DNA of 64,000 bases from the human T2T-CHM13v2.0 reference genome, Homo sapiens: NCBI RefSeq assembly GCF_009914755.1, contig NC_060934.1; one strand, given 5' to 3'. The notes below the pieces were generated by a model, which saw nothing but the letters and a program-made list of their open reading frames with translations, made no database searches and was not told the origin of the DNA. Below, one piece after another: positions 47,821-64,000 of this stretch (position 1 is its first letter; every line of letters begins with the position of its first letter). A program made the translations under genes and the position numbers.

Positions 47821-50269
47821 CTAGCAAGGACCCCAATGCACAGTGGATTTGGGTCAGCACTCAGTTTTCAGGCCAGGAGGACACTCGGTGGGAGAAGAGC
47901 GGGGCTCTGAAGTGGCCCCAGGGGACGGGGAGGGCCCTGGGAGTAGGAGGGAGGAGAAATGAGGCTGAGGATGAGATCAAGCTGGAGGCTAGGGTTGGTA
48001 GGCGGCCGGAGTTTAAATCCTGGCTCCCACTGGAGGGGTGATGCTGGGTGCTATTAGGACTGCCCCAAGCCTCAGCTTCTTTGCAGGTAAATGGGGCTGA
48101 CAATGTCTCCTGGGGGTAAAGGAGGGTTACAGTGGGGAGAAGATGAGATGAGACACGGCACACCCGACACAAAGTCAGCTTGCAGTGGAGACTTCGTGGA
48201 CAAGGTCCCTGAGCTGCAGGGGGGCTTCTGGGCAACTCCATCCCCACAGCCAGCTCAGCAGCCACCCAGCAAATGTGCACCCAGGCCAGGCACTTGGAAG
48301 GAGAAGCCGAGGGCTCTCTCACCGGGGAAGAGCTGAGATGGGCTTTCAGGACACGCTGGGTACACGCTCCTCTGCTAGAAAGAGGTTTGGGGTAAATGGT
48401 TAGGTGGGTAGGTAGGTAGGTTGATGTGGGGCAGGTGAGTGACAGATGTGGTTTGTTGACTCCCAGCCCAGGGCCCAGCACACACGTGAGGAGTCAGCTG
48501 TTCACGGGCTCCTGTCTGCTCGCTATGTACCCTGTAGGATCAGGAAGTTGGACATCATGATCCTAGGTTGTCTTTCTAGAAATGTTTGCATGGATATGTT
48601 TGTGGCCATTTTGATAGAGAGCTGGTCTTGGCCTCTGGCTAAGAGAATAAGCTATGATCTTGTTTCTTGGAGAATGTTAGATTTGCAGGGCATGGCTCTT
48701 GGTTACCCAGCACCTGATACCTTGCATGAGGCACCTTAGGCGCTGCATACGTGTTTGCTACATAATTCAACACAACTAGCTATCAGGTGAGTCTGAGGGT
48801 TCCTGTCCTGAAAAACGAGGTCAGACAGCACTTTGGAGGCAGGTGGCTGCGTCTAACTCACGGCTCTGCTATTAGACTCTTTACCCTCGAGCAAGTTCCT
48901 TAGCCACCCTAAGTTTCTTGCCTGAAAGATGTGTATAATGCTAGGGTCCACCACAGAGAGTTATGTAAAAAATAACGTGTGAAAAGCTTAGCAAAGTGCC
49001 CACCTGGCATGCAGTAAGCACTGAGGTACCAGAGGTTACTGTTTTTATTGCTACTATCATTAATATTACCATCATCACTTAAATGATGATAAGACTATTC
49101 TTAAGGTAGATTAATGGTAGGTACCTGTGTTTTTACACACGGGCTCATAGAGTTCACGTACATCTGGCCTGGATTTGTTGGAATGTGCCACTACCCTCTA
49201 ATGCTTCTTCTCGTCCTGTAGCCTCAGCCTCCCAATGGGGGTGGCTCTCCGTGTTGCAATATTGTATAGGATGCGAAGTGGAGCCATCTGGCACCCGTGG
49301 GGAATGCATTCCCTTCCTTGTGGAATCTAGGGCTTTGGGGTTAACCTCTTGCCAGGAGCGGCTGCAGAGAGGCTGCAAGCTAACATTAGTGGGTGGGAGT
49401 ACGCCTGTGTGGTGAGCCTGGCTGTGCTGAGCACATCTCATGGGACAAACCGCCTCGACAATTTTGGCATGATATTTTGAGCTGTGAGCCCATTCCAAAC
49501 CCCTAGAGGAAAGGGCAGGGTGAAAAGTCATCTGGCCCTGCCTGCCAGACGCCATAACATAATAGCTGGAGGAGTAGACTGTTCCTGGCAAGTGACGAAG
49601 CAGCTGGTATTGAAACATACACATGGCCAGAGTTGGCAGACTGAGAATTTGGAGCAGAGTGTGAGTGCCGAGCCTGGGCTTAAGTCTCAACCCCAGACCA
49701 GACTGCCTTTCCAGGCCACCTATGAAGGATGGCTGGGCAGATGCTCCTCTGGCACCTGAGGCTGGGTAGCAGCGAAGCTCACCTTTGAGATGAGGTACCA
49801 CCTCATGCCTGGCTTGGGCATTCATAGTCATTCATAGTCTCCTTCTGACACACTCAGCTGGAAGGAGATAAAACTCCAGTTTCAGCAGAACGTTCTCCTG
49901 TTGAACTCTAATCTGAGTCTGTCCTCCCCAGCAGCATCCACATACTTCCCAAATTGTGGTGAATTAAAGAAGCTGCAAGCACTGGCCCAACTGGCTTTTG
50001 CTGGTGGTTTTTCGGCAACCCTCCTGCAAATGCTGTCAGCCAAGCAAAGGAAAGCCAGGGCCACAAAGCACAGAGGCTACAGCTTAACTCAGCTTAACTC
50101 TGTTTCTTTACAAGTGGGCTATAAATTTGTGGGAGATAAAACGACTTAATGATCACTGCAGGGTTTAGTTTTGTTTTTTCAAGAAGATGGGAAGCTTATG
50201 TGTTAGGAACTACCAGGCTTCTGTTGAAGTGTTGTGTATACCTCTCATTTAGTTCATATTTTATCTTCA

Positions 50270-51146
<877 letters not shown>

Positions 51147-51630
51147 TAAGTGCAGAAGCAGGCCCAGACTGTAAAGACATAAGAGGCAGGAACTCCAGTG
51201 TGGCTGAGAGATGTTGGCCAGACCCATGTGCCCATGTCTCTGGGTGACCCCTCTGCCTGCCTTGCCCCTCCCTCTACTTGTAGCCTGTGATGGGACCACA
51301 TTCTGGTTCAAGAGGCTCAGACAAACGTTGTTCTGTGAAGCCTTCCCGACCCTTCCACTCCCCAGGAGTACCCCTACCTCCCACCAGAGTAGCGAGGTTC
51401 CTTTCTGTAGCCTGACAATAATTTTAAGACAGGGGCAAGTGTATTACAGTTTGGTGAATCAGATTTTCTCATTTGCAGAAGAGATTGGGTGTTTTGAGCT
51501 GGACAGATCTGGGTTCAAATCTGCTGCTTATTCATTGTAGGACATTTGTCATATTAGTCTCATGAGGTCTCAGTTTCCTCACCTGCAAAATGAGTATAAA
51601 ATTAATACTTACCTCATGAGGATTCAGTGA

Positions 51631-52274
<644 letters not shown>

Positions 52275-52322
52275 GGCAGAGTCTCAGGTGCTTACCCGAG
52301 GCCTGCTGAGTTGGAATCTTTA

Positions 52323-52442
52323 CAGTCATGCATTGCTTAATGATGGGGAGCTGCTCTGTGAAATGCATTGTTGGGCGATTTCATCATTGTGCAAACATCA
52401 TAAAGTGTGCTTACGCAGACCTAGACGGTATTGCCTACTACA
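52323..52442 (+). mobile_element. Tigger3 (Golem) terminal fragment, followed by a MER5A relic (~52516-52680)
   Basis: TA|CAGTCATGCATTGCTTAATGATGGGG...GAAATGCATTGTTGGGCGATTTCATCATTGTGCAAACATCATA. Confidence 0.75.
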
Positions 52443-54736
52443 AGGTACTGTGTGACGCTTCACCCGTCGGTTTGGGCAGTTTATGGGCCACCCTTTAAGT
52501 AGCAAGGGGTCTGGGGCACTCTTCTCAACATTGGCTGCACACTGAAAACTCCCACAGAGCTTAAAAAAAATATTGATGCCTAGATGCCACCCCCAGAGCT
52601 TCCGGTTTAATGGATATGCGGGTGTAGCCTGGGGGTAGTACATTTTCAAAGTTCGCCAGGTATTTCTACACAACACGGAACAGCTGGCCTAAGGCCTGCA
52701 GAAGCAGATCAAACCAACTCGGCTCTCAGATGCTTCTTTGTTGCAGCATAAGACATCTACATCATCAAGCCCACTGCATAGGCTGAACTGAACCCCGTAA
52801 CCGCGCCTCACTCCTGGCCCTGCCAAACCCTCACACTACTGCGGCTGATCCATCAAATAGTTTATTTTTCACCTTTGCCCTGATGTCACTTGGACATCTG
52901 ACTGTCTCCTAGAGAAAGTTGTTTTTCTGCCAGAGAAGGTACAGCAGGCAGGGCATTGCTTCCTATTTAGTCGAAGGCTTATTTTAAATTGGGACTAGGC
53001 CAAGTTCAAGTGCAGGAGCACACTGGCCCCTGGGAGAGCCTGGCCAGGTACATTTGGCTTGTGAGACCAGCCGTCAGCACTTTGGCTCATGGAACACACG
53101 TCTGTCCGAGCAGTGCAGACCTGGCTTGTGTGAACTGGGCTCTGTGTGCCCTCAGGGAAAATGCCGAGGCCACATCTAGAAATTCTGGCTGAGGCTGAGA
53201 GCCGTGTGCAGAGCTGCCCCCACACATTTCCTTGTGTATATTTTGGGTTCAGGCTGACATTTCCTCTTAGCATGGGTGGAGGTAATGGCTGAATTTTTAG
53301 GAGGCTTGAATCCCTTCTACAAATATGCCTCCTCGCCCTGTAACCAAGTTTTGCTGGGTTGCAGTTCAGGAATGTATCTTGCTGCTTGTACAGCCCATCA
53401 TGGAATGTGAGGACTTAGCTCAGAAGACTAAAGCACTATTCCTTCTAGGAAAAAGAAAAAAAAAGAAAGAAAGAAGGAAAGTTCCTCAGAGTTCACCAGT
53501 GAAATGGATCTTATGAGTGTGAGGGCTGAATTCCTATGATATGGCTGGGTTCCTCATGTCATATTCCCCTCCTGACATGTCTAGAGTATATAAGAAATAA
53601 CCCACAGTTTAGCTGTGGTCACTGTAGACTGGTTAGGAGTTTGAGTTCTGCACACACAGAGCCTATGTATGAACCGTGGCACTGCTCAGTGTGGCCTCCG
53701 GGTGAGTTCACCACTCAAAGCCTGCTTCCTCCATTGCCAGCTAAGGACAACAGCAGTACCTGCTGCATAGGCTCATTAAGAGAATTAAGGCAGAGAAGAG
53801 ATGGGAGCCACTTAGCAGAGGGCCATCTTTGTGACCAGTGCTCACAAATGGTGCATAATATTATTGTGGTTATTTTAGAAAAGCTTTTAAATTACCTTTT
53901 TGGTGTTCTTTTACCAGTTATTAAGTGGGGGAGGCACACTGCAAGTTGGCATGTGGATGGCATTTTGCCACTCTTCAAAGCTGGCAGATGATGGGGTCAT
54001 CTTCTAGGCCCCACATACCCTTTCAGTTTGAATTCTTGGTGTTTGAGTGAATCCCTGAGATACTGTCCTGTGGGAGAAGAAGAGCGTCATGGGGCAAGGT
54101 GGTCCTGAGCTGTAGAGCTGAGGGAGGCTGGCCTGGAGGCGGGGGTCTTGTCTTGCAGGAGAGAGGAAGGATGGAGGACGATGAGCACTGGACTGGGGTC
54201 AACCTAGTGGAGGCCCAGCCGACCAGCTGCCTGGCGAGCACTGCAGGAAGGCTTGGTTTCCTGACCTCATGGAGACCATGCTCTGTTTCAAGAGACAGTA
54301 CACAGGCATTATAAGACTAAAACAGCTCATGGCCCTAAGTGACTTTGCCTCTATTTGGTATTTAATGAATATGGCCTTTTGTCCTTATCTAGAAGGCATT
54401 GTCTATGAAGGCAAGGATGTTGTCTTTTCACTGCTGTTTCTGCAGCTCCTAGAAGTACCTAACAAAATGTAGGTCTTAATAAATACTTGATGAATGACTT
54501 AATCATATACTTCCTTATTAGAAGGCATTGGAGAGTCAATTCTTACTGCCTAGAATATTCTCTCTCTCTTCTGGTCCATGTCCTCTTCTTTTTTCAGCTC
54601 AGTGTTTCACCAGTGTCAATCATTCATGGGCCACATTCATGACATTTACCATCTCTGTACACTACTTGTGTTATTATCTACTTACTATCTTTCTATCTAC
54701 TTACTTATTAAAAATGGCTTCATTTTTATTTTATGA

Positions 54737-55034
54737 TTTTTTTTTTCTTTTGAGACGAAGTCTTGCTCTGTCACCCAGGCTGGAGTGCAGTGGTGCGATC
54801 TTGTCTCATTGCAACCTCCGCCTCCCAGGTTCAAGTGATTCTCCTGCCTCAACCTCCTGAGTAGCTGTGATTACAGGCGCTTGCCACCACGCCCAGCTAA
54901 TTTTTTTGTATCTTTAGTAGAGACAGGGTTTCACCATATTGGCCCAGCTGGGCTCGAACTCCTGACTCCAACTGATCCTCCTGCCTTGGCCTCCCAAAGT
55001 GCCGGGATTACAGGAGTGAGCCACCAGGCTCAGC
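54737..55034 (-). mobile_element. Alu
   Basis: Flanked by GCTTCATTTTTATTT-like duplication. Confidence 0.93.
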
Positions 55035-55971
55035 TTTCATTTTTTATTTCGTTGTGTTACTAGTCAATGTCTGTGAAGTTATGAGTTGGTGTGTTCATGG
55101 CATCTTTTTCCTAATATGTAAATGCATAACTATTGAAATACTCTAATCTGAGAAATCCTAACGTGGTAACACTGACTTATCCTCTAAAACTCAGCTTAAC
55201 TATTCCCTCTTCTGGAACATCTCCCCATACCTCTTCCAACGCTGGTTAAAATATTCCTTTCCCATCTCTGTCATGTGGTAGCCATCGTTATCTGATGATA
55301 GACGTAAGCATAAGAACCATGTTGCATCTCACTTTTTAACCCTAGTGCTTTGCACAGGGCCAGGATGTAGCAGCACTTGATAAGTGACTTTGAATAACTA
55401 GATGAAACTCCTTTAGTCTAGGGAAGTTCATGCTGTCTGGCATGCATGGGTGCCCCTAACAGGACGCTCCGTGATTCTGTGAAGACAGTGTGCTGTCACT
55501 CAGGGCGCCAGCATTCCGAAGCTTCTCTTTGGATGCCCATCAACAAATCAGATGTATGAACTTTGATTTAGACTCCCAGCTCCCAGCAAGGAACTAGTAT
55601 GCTCTGTGTCTGGGAGTGTTTGGCCTCTGACCTTCCGCATCACATATTGCCTGTCAGTTACCCAGCCAGCCTTGGATGCTTCCAGTCTCTGGCCTCATTT
55701 CCCAGGATTGATAAGGGATGAAATTCGGCATTGGCAGTCTGGGATGGAGGGGGAAGTGATCAGGGGAGAGGCCCTTGATCCAGTGGGGCAGAAGTGAGCC
55801 ATTCGATGGAATGGAGGTTTCCTTCAGCCTCCTGAAGTTACTTTCCCTAATATACATCATAACCTCAGGTTCTTCCTGCTCTGAACTCTGACTGTACCTG
55901 GTGTCTGCTGGTGTTTTGGTTCCGTATTCCTGCTTCTTGCCTCTCCAGCATGTGCCTGTCTTTCCACGTAG

Positions 55972-56658
<687 letters not shown>

Positions 56659-57074
56659 TAAACATTTTTATCCACTTACTGATTGATGAGCATTTGGGCT
56701 AATTTCACATTTTTTCAGTTCCATATGGGCACTCAGAGGGTGATTGCAGATGCTGGTGGGTATTTGAACCATTAATGGTTATTTCTGTGTCAGGCAAATT
56801 GAGCACAGGTTTCTAGCCTGGCTTCTCATTTCTATGTGGCTTTCCACTTCTCAGCAAAAGCAAAGTATTGTTGCTACAACATAATTTTAAAGGAAGCTGC
56901 AAATGCATAGCAAAGCATTATTTGGTGGACAGGGCCACAGTTACTTCCTAGGCACTGATTTGCCTTTTGTATTCTGCAGGACTCCTTTGGCAAATGATGA
57001 TGTGCTTTGTGGTCTTTCATTCCTTTCTGAAGCCTTAGGTTTAGTATCTACCATATGAGTGCTTCTCAGCACCA

Positions 57075-57550
57075 CAGTTGACAGCCCTTTGAAGATGCTT
57101 TTGGCTACAAGTAACAGACCACCCAATACAAGAAAGCTTCAACAATCATAGGTTTATCATTGCACCAGCAGGAAGTCCAAGGTTGTGTAATTCATTAGTT
57201 CAGCGACATCATTGAGGAAAGACCCAGGCCCTTTTCATTTTCCTCTCTACCCACATTCAGTGTGTGGCCAGATGCTCCCCTCATCGTTTCAAGCTGGCTG
57301 CAGCAGCTCCAGGCACTGCGCCCTCGCATGACAATGTCAAGAGGCAGGAAGACCCCTGATGGTCAGGAGCCATGCTGTCTTGTGTCTCTTCCAAAGAGTG
57401 AGAAAACTATCTCCAGAAGGCCTGCTGATTTTCTCTTCTGTTTCATTGGCCAAGGGTGTGTAACAGGACCATGCCTAACCCAATTATTTAAACAAAAGTA
57501 AGGAAACAAGGAGGAAGAACAGCAGTTTTGAAAGCAACCAATAATGCTGG
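57075..57550. mobile_element. Degenerate old MLT1-type LTR fragment
   Basis: TTTGGCTACAAGTAACAGA...GGCTGCAGCAGCTCCAGGCA...TCATTGGCCA motifs resemble old MLT1 LTRs. Confidence 0.45.
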
Positions 57551-57616
57551 CCATAAAACTTCGATTCAATTTCTCCAAGTGTGCTCTGAAAAGCATCTCC
57601 ATCAGAATTATCTACA

Positions 57617-59729
<2,113 letters not shown>

Positions 59730-61115
59730 AATGCACATTTCTGAACCCCTTTCCTGACGTACTGAATCAGAATGCCCGGGAGCCAGGCCCAGGAATTTGC
59801 ATTTTAACATTAACCCGGTGAGTCTTATTGGCACTGAGTTTCAGTCCCACAGCCTGGGGTTCGTGGTTGTCTCCTATTGATATTTTCATGTCATAGATGT
59901 CCCTTCAGCAATGCTAGTCCTGTTGAGCAGAGGCTGGGGGCCCAAGAAGAATGAAGACTTTGACTTCAGAAATTCCCTTTCCAGCTCTTGCCTTTAGAGA
60001 TTCAGACAGAAATATTAACTGATGCAGTGATGCTATCTGGCATTTGCTTCAAAACAATCTGGGTAGCAGAGGGAAAGTGGGATTGTGGATAAAATGGAAT
60101 TAGCCATAATTTGATCATGTTGGATCTGGGTGTTATACATAGGGTGCCTTATCCGGTTCTCTCCACTTAAGTTTTTTAAAGTCTGCATTCCAGGGGCTTG
60201 CTCTGTCGCTATGCCGCCTTTGACCCTGGGTAAGTCCATCTCCTTCTTTGGGTTTCAGCATAAGTTCTCTATAAAATTAGTGTGTTTTCACATTTTCTTT
60301 TTTTCCCCTTCCCTCCGAATGAACCTCTTCTCCAAACAAAATCTTATGTAGAACTTAAAGATATGACAAAAGTCAAACAGCTCTCTTTGCAGGTGCTATG
60401 GATGCCTTTAAGATAACTCCAGAAACCCTAGGACTCTGCAGAAGATAGTTTAGCAGCTACTGTACTAGGGCCTTGCTGTAAACACATATATAGACCACCC
60501 TGATGCAGAACCATAGCCTGGTACTCAGGCAAAAAGAATCCTTGGGAAGTAAAGATTCAGCCATGGATGCAATTTCTAAGGCACGTGTTGCTGCCTGCAA
60601 GTCAGTCTTCAGTAGATTCCAGGTATCCCAAGACCGCACAAGCCTGCATCTTTCCTCCTCTGTACCATTACTGCATTGTTACCCTGACTTGGAGCAGGAG
60701 GGGATGGCAGTGCACATTTACTGTAGCTCTAGGTTCACTATCCAGGCAAGATTTCTGGTCGTGGCTAGGATCAGAGATGTGTGGGTTGGCCGAGAGTTTC
60801 TGATATCGACGTATTTCTGTCGTGTGGCAGGATTTGAGGCTCAGTACTGTATGATATTAGGAGCCCCTGACTTCATCTTCTAATGAGTTGGTCCTACATG
60901 GGACTATGGCTGTGTCCGAATGCTGGCTGCCCAAGACCACTGCACTGCCTGAGTTCAGTCATTCCTCACAGAGGTGCCGAGGTCAGCCTTCCTCGACCAG
61001 AGTGGTTCTCCTGCAGTGAATGACCTTAGACTCTGGAGATGTGAATGAAATCCTAGCTATCTTCTTAAAATCCTTCAAAGAAGGGATTAAGTCACAGTAA
61101 TAACCAGGTACCTAC

Positions 61116-61650
61116 TGCATTAGTTTCCTGTGATTGCCATAATAAATTACCACAAAACTAGTAATTTTGGCTTAAGACAACACAAATTTATTTTACTAGG
61201 AGCTGTGTAGGTGAAATGTCTAACATGGGTCTCACTGAGGTAAAATCAAGGTTTCGGTAGTGTTGTGTTCCTTTCTGGAAGCCCTCGAGGAAAAATCCAC
61301 ATTCGTGCTTTTTCCAGCTTCTAGAAGCCACTCACATTCCCTGGCTCGTGGTCCCTTCCTTCATCTTCAAAGTCAGCATCTTCTAATCTCTCGCTCACTG
61401 TGCTTCCATAGCCACATCTCTTTCTCTGACTCTCTTCTTCCTCCTCCTTCCAATTAAAGGACCTTCATGATGACATTGGGTCCACCTGGATACTCCAGGA
61501 TAGCCTCCCTAGTTTAAAGTCAGGTGATTAGCAACTTTAATTCCATCTACAACCTTCATTCCCCTTGTCATGTAACTTAACATATTCACAACTCCAGGGA
61601 TGAAGATGTGGCCATCTTGCCGGGGCCTTCCTTTTGCCAACCATACAGAC
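61116..61650 (-). mobile_element. MLT1D/E-type MaLR LTR
   Basis: ATTAGTTTCCTGTGATTGCCATAATAAATTACCACAAA...CTTCTAGAAGCC...CCCCTTGTCATGTAAC motifs. Confidence 0.7.
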
Positions 61651-61837
61651 CTACCAGTAGATTTCGAAACAGAGTGGCACCTTCCTCTGTCTTGAAGGAT
61701 GTGCATCTGTCAACTGGGAGGGGCTGTTTCACATGAACGGGATGGCACCTCAAGTTCATCTTAGCTCGTTGCCCAGTTGAGGTGCTGGAGCTTACATGGT
61801 GGTGAGTGGTGTATGTTTTTACCACAAATGGATATGA

Positions 61838-62133
<296 letters not shown>

Positions 62134-62949
62134 GCACAAGAACCTTGAAGACTGGGCATTTCCATTCTCTCTTCACCGACAGCAGATGGTATACATTTAA
62201 ACTAGCCTATTTGGGTCTCAGTTATCATACTTGTAAAATGGACACATTAATACGATACGAGGAAACCTGTGATAAGCATGTGAACAAGGAATCTATTTAA
62301 GTTTCCATAAAAAATGTGACTCTTAGAAGCACTGCGTTATTTAAAAAACAATATTTTCGCAGAAGGCAGTAACAGTCTATTTCTTTATTCTACAGAGAAT
62401 CCTCATTAGGGGCTCGTAAGATCTGTTTCTTTAAGAGGAGGAAAGGAAGTGCTGAGTAATTTCTGAGTCTCATGCCCTTTGGTCCCTGAGTATATAATCT
62501 ATAGCAGTGCTTTCTGTGACACTAAAAATGGGAAGCCTGCTGTCTATATATAGTCACGGGCTCTTCATGATTGGGGCCTAGCTGCAGAAATTTCTAGAGA
62601 AAAGGTGATATGCCATGGTGTTGGCAGGTAAGCACCACTTCTGGGTGTGAGGTCCATGTCAGTGAAGGAGTTAGTTAGGCCCTTAAAGGAAAACAGACCT
62701 CACATGCCAATAGATACATAACTCCTAGAAATATGGCAGCTGGAATTGGTTTGGATTTAGCCTCTGCCGACTTCAGAGTGTGCAACAGCCAAATAGAACG
62801 CACGTCAAGTTTTGCAAACTGTCCAGCACAGCCCGCGCTGTTTCTGTGGTTAAGCGCCATTAATACCACACAGGTGAAGAAAAAAGGGCCGGAATTTGGC
62901 TCCAGGAACAAGCGAGGCACCATTTCACCCCCAGCTTCTTTCTGAGGCT

Positions 62950-64000
62950 CCTGGGTAGCCTCAGGCGGGCAACGGCCCCGCAGAGGAAGCGCGGGCCGCC
63001 TGGCCGGTACTTGACCTTCCCAGTCCGTTCTCACGCCACAGCCTTCCCGGCGTTGCCATGCGTAGTGGGAAGGCCGTGGACAAACTAAGAACAGTAACAA
63101 GTTGTCATGACTCAGAGACTCCTGGAAGTCTGCAGCGCCTCCAGGAGCAGCGGCCGGGCTGTGCGTCCATCGGTCCGTGCGTCTCTCGCCTGCCGCTCTG
63201 CGGCCGCGGGCCCCTCGGTGCGTCTGGGCGCGCCCGGCCCCGCGCATTCCTGGCCGGGGAGGAGAGCGCGGCGGGCGCCCTGCGCGAGCAGCTGGCCGAG
63301 CGCTGCCCCGGGTCGGAGAGCCCAGAGCTGGGGGAGGAGCCTGGCCCGGCAGCCGCCGCTCGCCCAGTCATTGGCCTTTTGTGCTGCAACTTTTCCCGAG
63401 CCTTTCGGGGAGCCACGCCGGCCCTGCGCCGTTGTCCCGGGAAACTTTGCGTCCCAGGGCCGCACCGGACCGTGGTGACCCCACGCGCCGCGCCGCCACC
63501 GGGCTCGGAAAACCCAGCGCCCCCGGGCTCTTTGGCAGTTGCGACTCCGAACGAAGGCGGCTCCGTGCGGGCCATCCCCTATCTCCCCGGGCGGGTAAGT
63601 GCCGGGGCCACGGGCGGGCGGCCGGGGTCAGAAGATGGGCGCCCGAAGGACCTTGGCCCCCAGACAAAGGCGTACTGGAAGTGGCCAAAGCTCATTTCGG
63701 CTTTCCCCGGCAGGGACTGGCCGAGGGTGGAAAAGTGGCTAACTGCACATTCGGTCCCCTGCTGGCAGAGGAGTGTGGCTGCGGGGAAACCGCGGGCCCC
63801 AGAGTGTCTGCCCAGGAGCCTGGTTCCCTTGAGTGGGAGCGCGGGGGTCAAAGCCCGTGGTTCGGGGCGCGCGCCAGTGGCTGGGATTCCCGCTCGCGGT
63901 TGGGGTCCCCGCGCGTGGTTGTGGTTGGCGCCCGTGACCAGGCTCCCTGCCAGGGTTGGGGTCCCGCCCTTGGGGGCCTCCGCGCCTTCCCACCGGGCTC
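62950..64000 (+). promoter_or_regulatory. TACC2: Intragenic CpG island; probable internal TACC2 promoter with alternative first exon ending at 63594
   Basis: Abrupt rise in GC and CpG density with no repeats. Near-consensus donor CGG|GTAAGT at 63594/63595. AP-1 TGACTCA at 63108-63114; MEF2-type CTATATATAG upstream at 62544-62553. Confidence 0.8.

Noticed and set aside
49154-49831. 225-aa minus-strand ORF (and 206 aa at 47861-48481)
   Set aside because: No recognisable domain, random-like composition and no supporting gene structure; compatible with chance.
62675-63993. Multiple overlapping minus-strand ORFs in the CpG island
   Set aside because: Explained by stop-codon scarcity in GC-rich DNA.

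Overview
Human (primate) genomic DNA from inside TACC2 (10q26), with the gene on the + strand. Three coding exons splice in one frame: 113 nt (806-918), a giant 5,313-nt exon encoding a disordered Pro/Glu/Gly/Ala-rich segment (33013-38325), and 114 nt (38845-38958). The last has an in-frame alternative donor candidate at 39105. The window ends in a CpG island (~62950-64000) that looks like an internal promoter or alternative first exon. The rest is intron: about 50 Alus, solo LTRs (THE1, MER39, a MER4-group LTR, MST/MLT), old L1/L2/MIR and DNA-transposon relics. Nearly all other ORFs in the track are Alu-derived or shadow ORFs. I do not see a new multi-gene biological system. The most notable observations are: a polyadenylated LTR12 R-region retrocopy flanked by target-site duplications (TSDs); a 22-bp inverted templated insertion copied from 5.9 kb away; a templated scar inside an Alu; symmetric phase-2 exons that would give a stop-free circle; a 17-aa tandem duplication of a Pro-rich motif; and layered nested insertions. 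The gene identity, exon numbering and repeat subfamily names come from memory, not a database search, and repeat boundaries are approximate.
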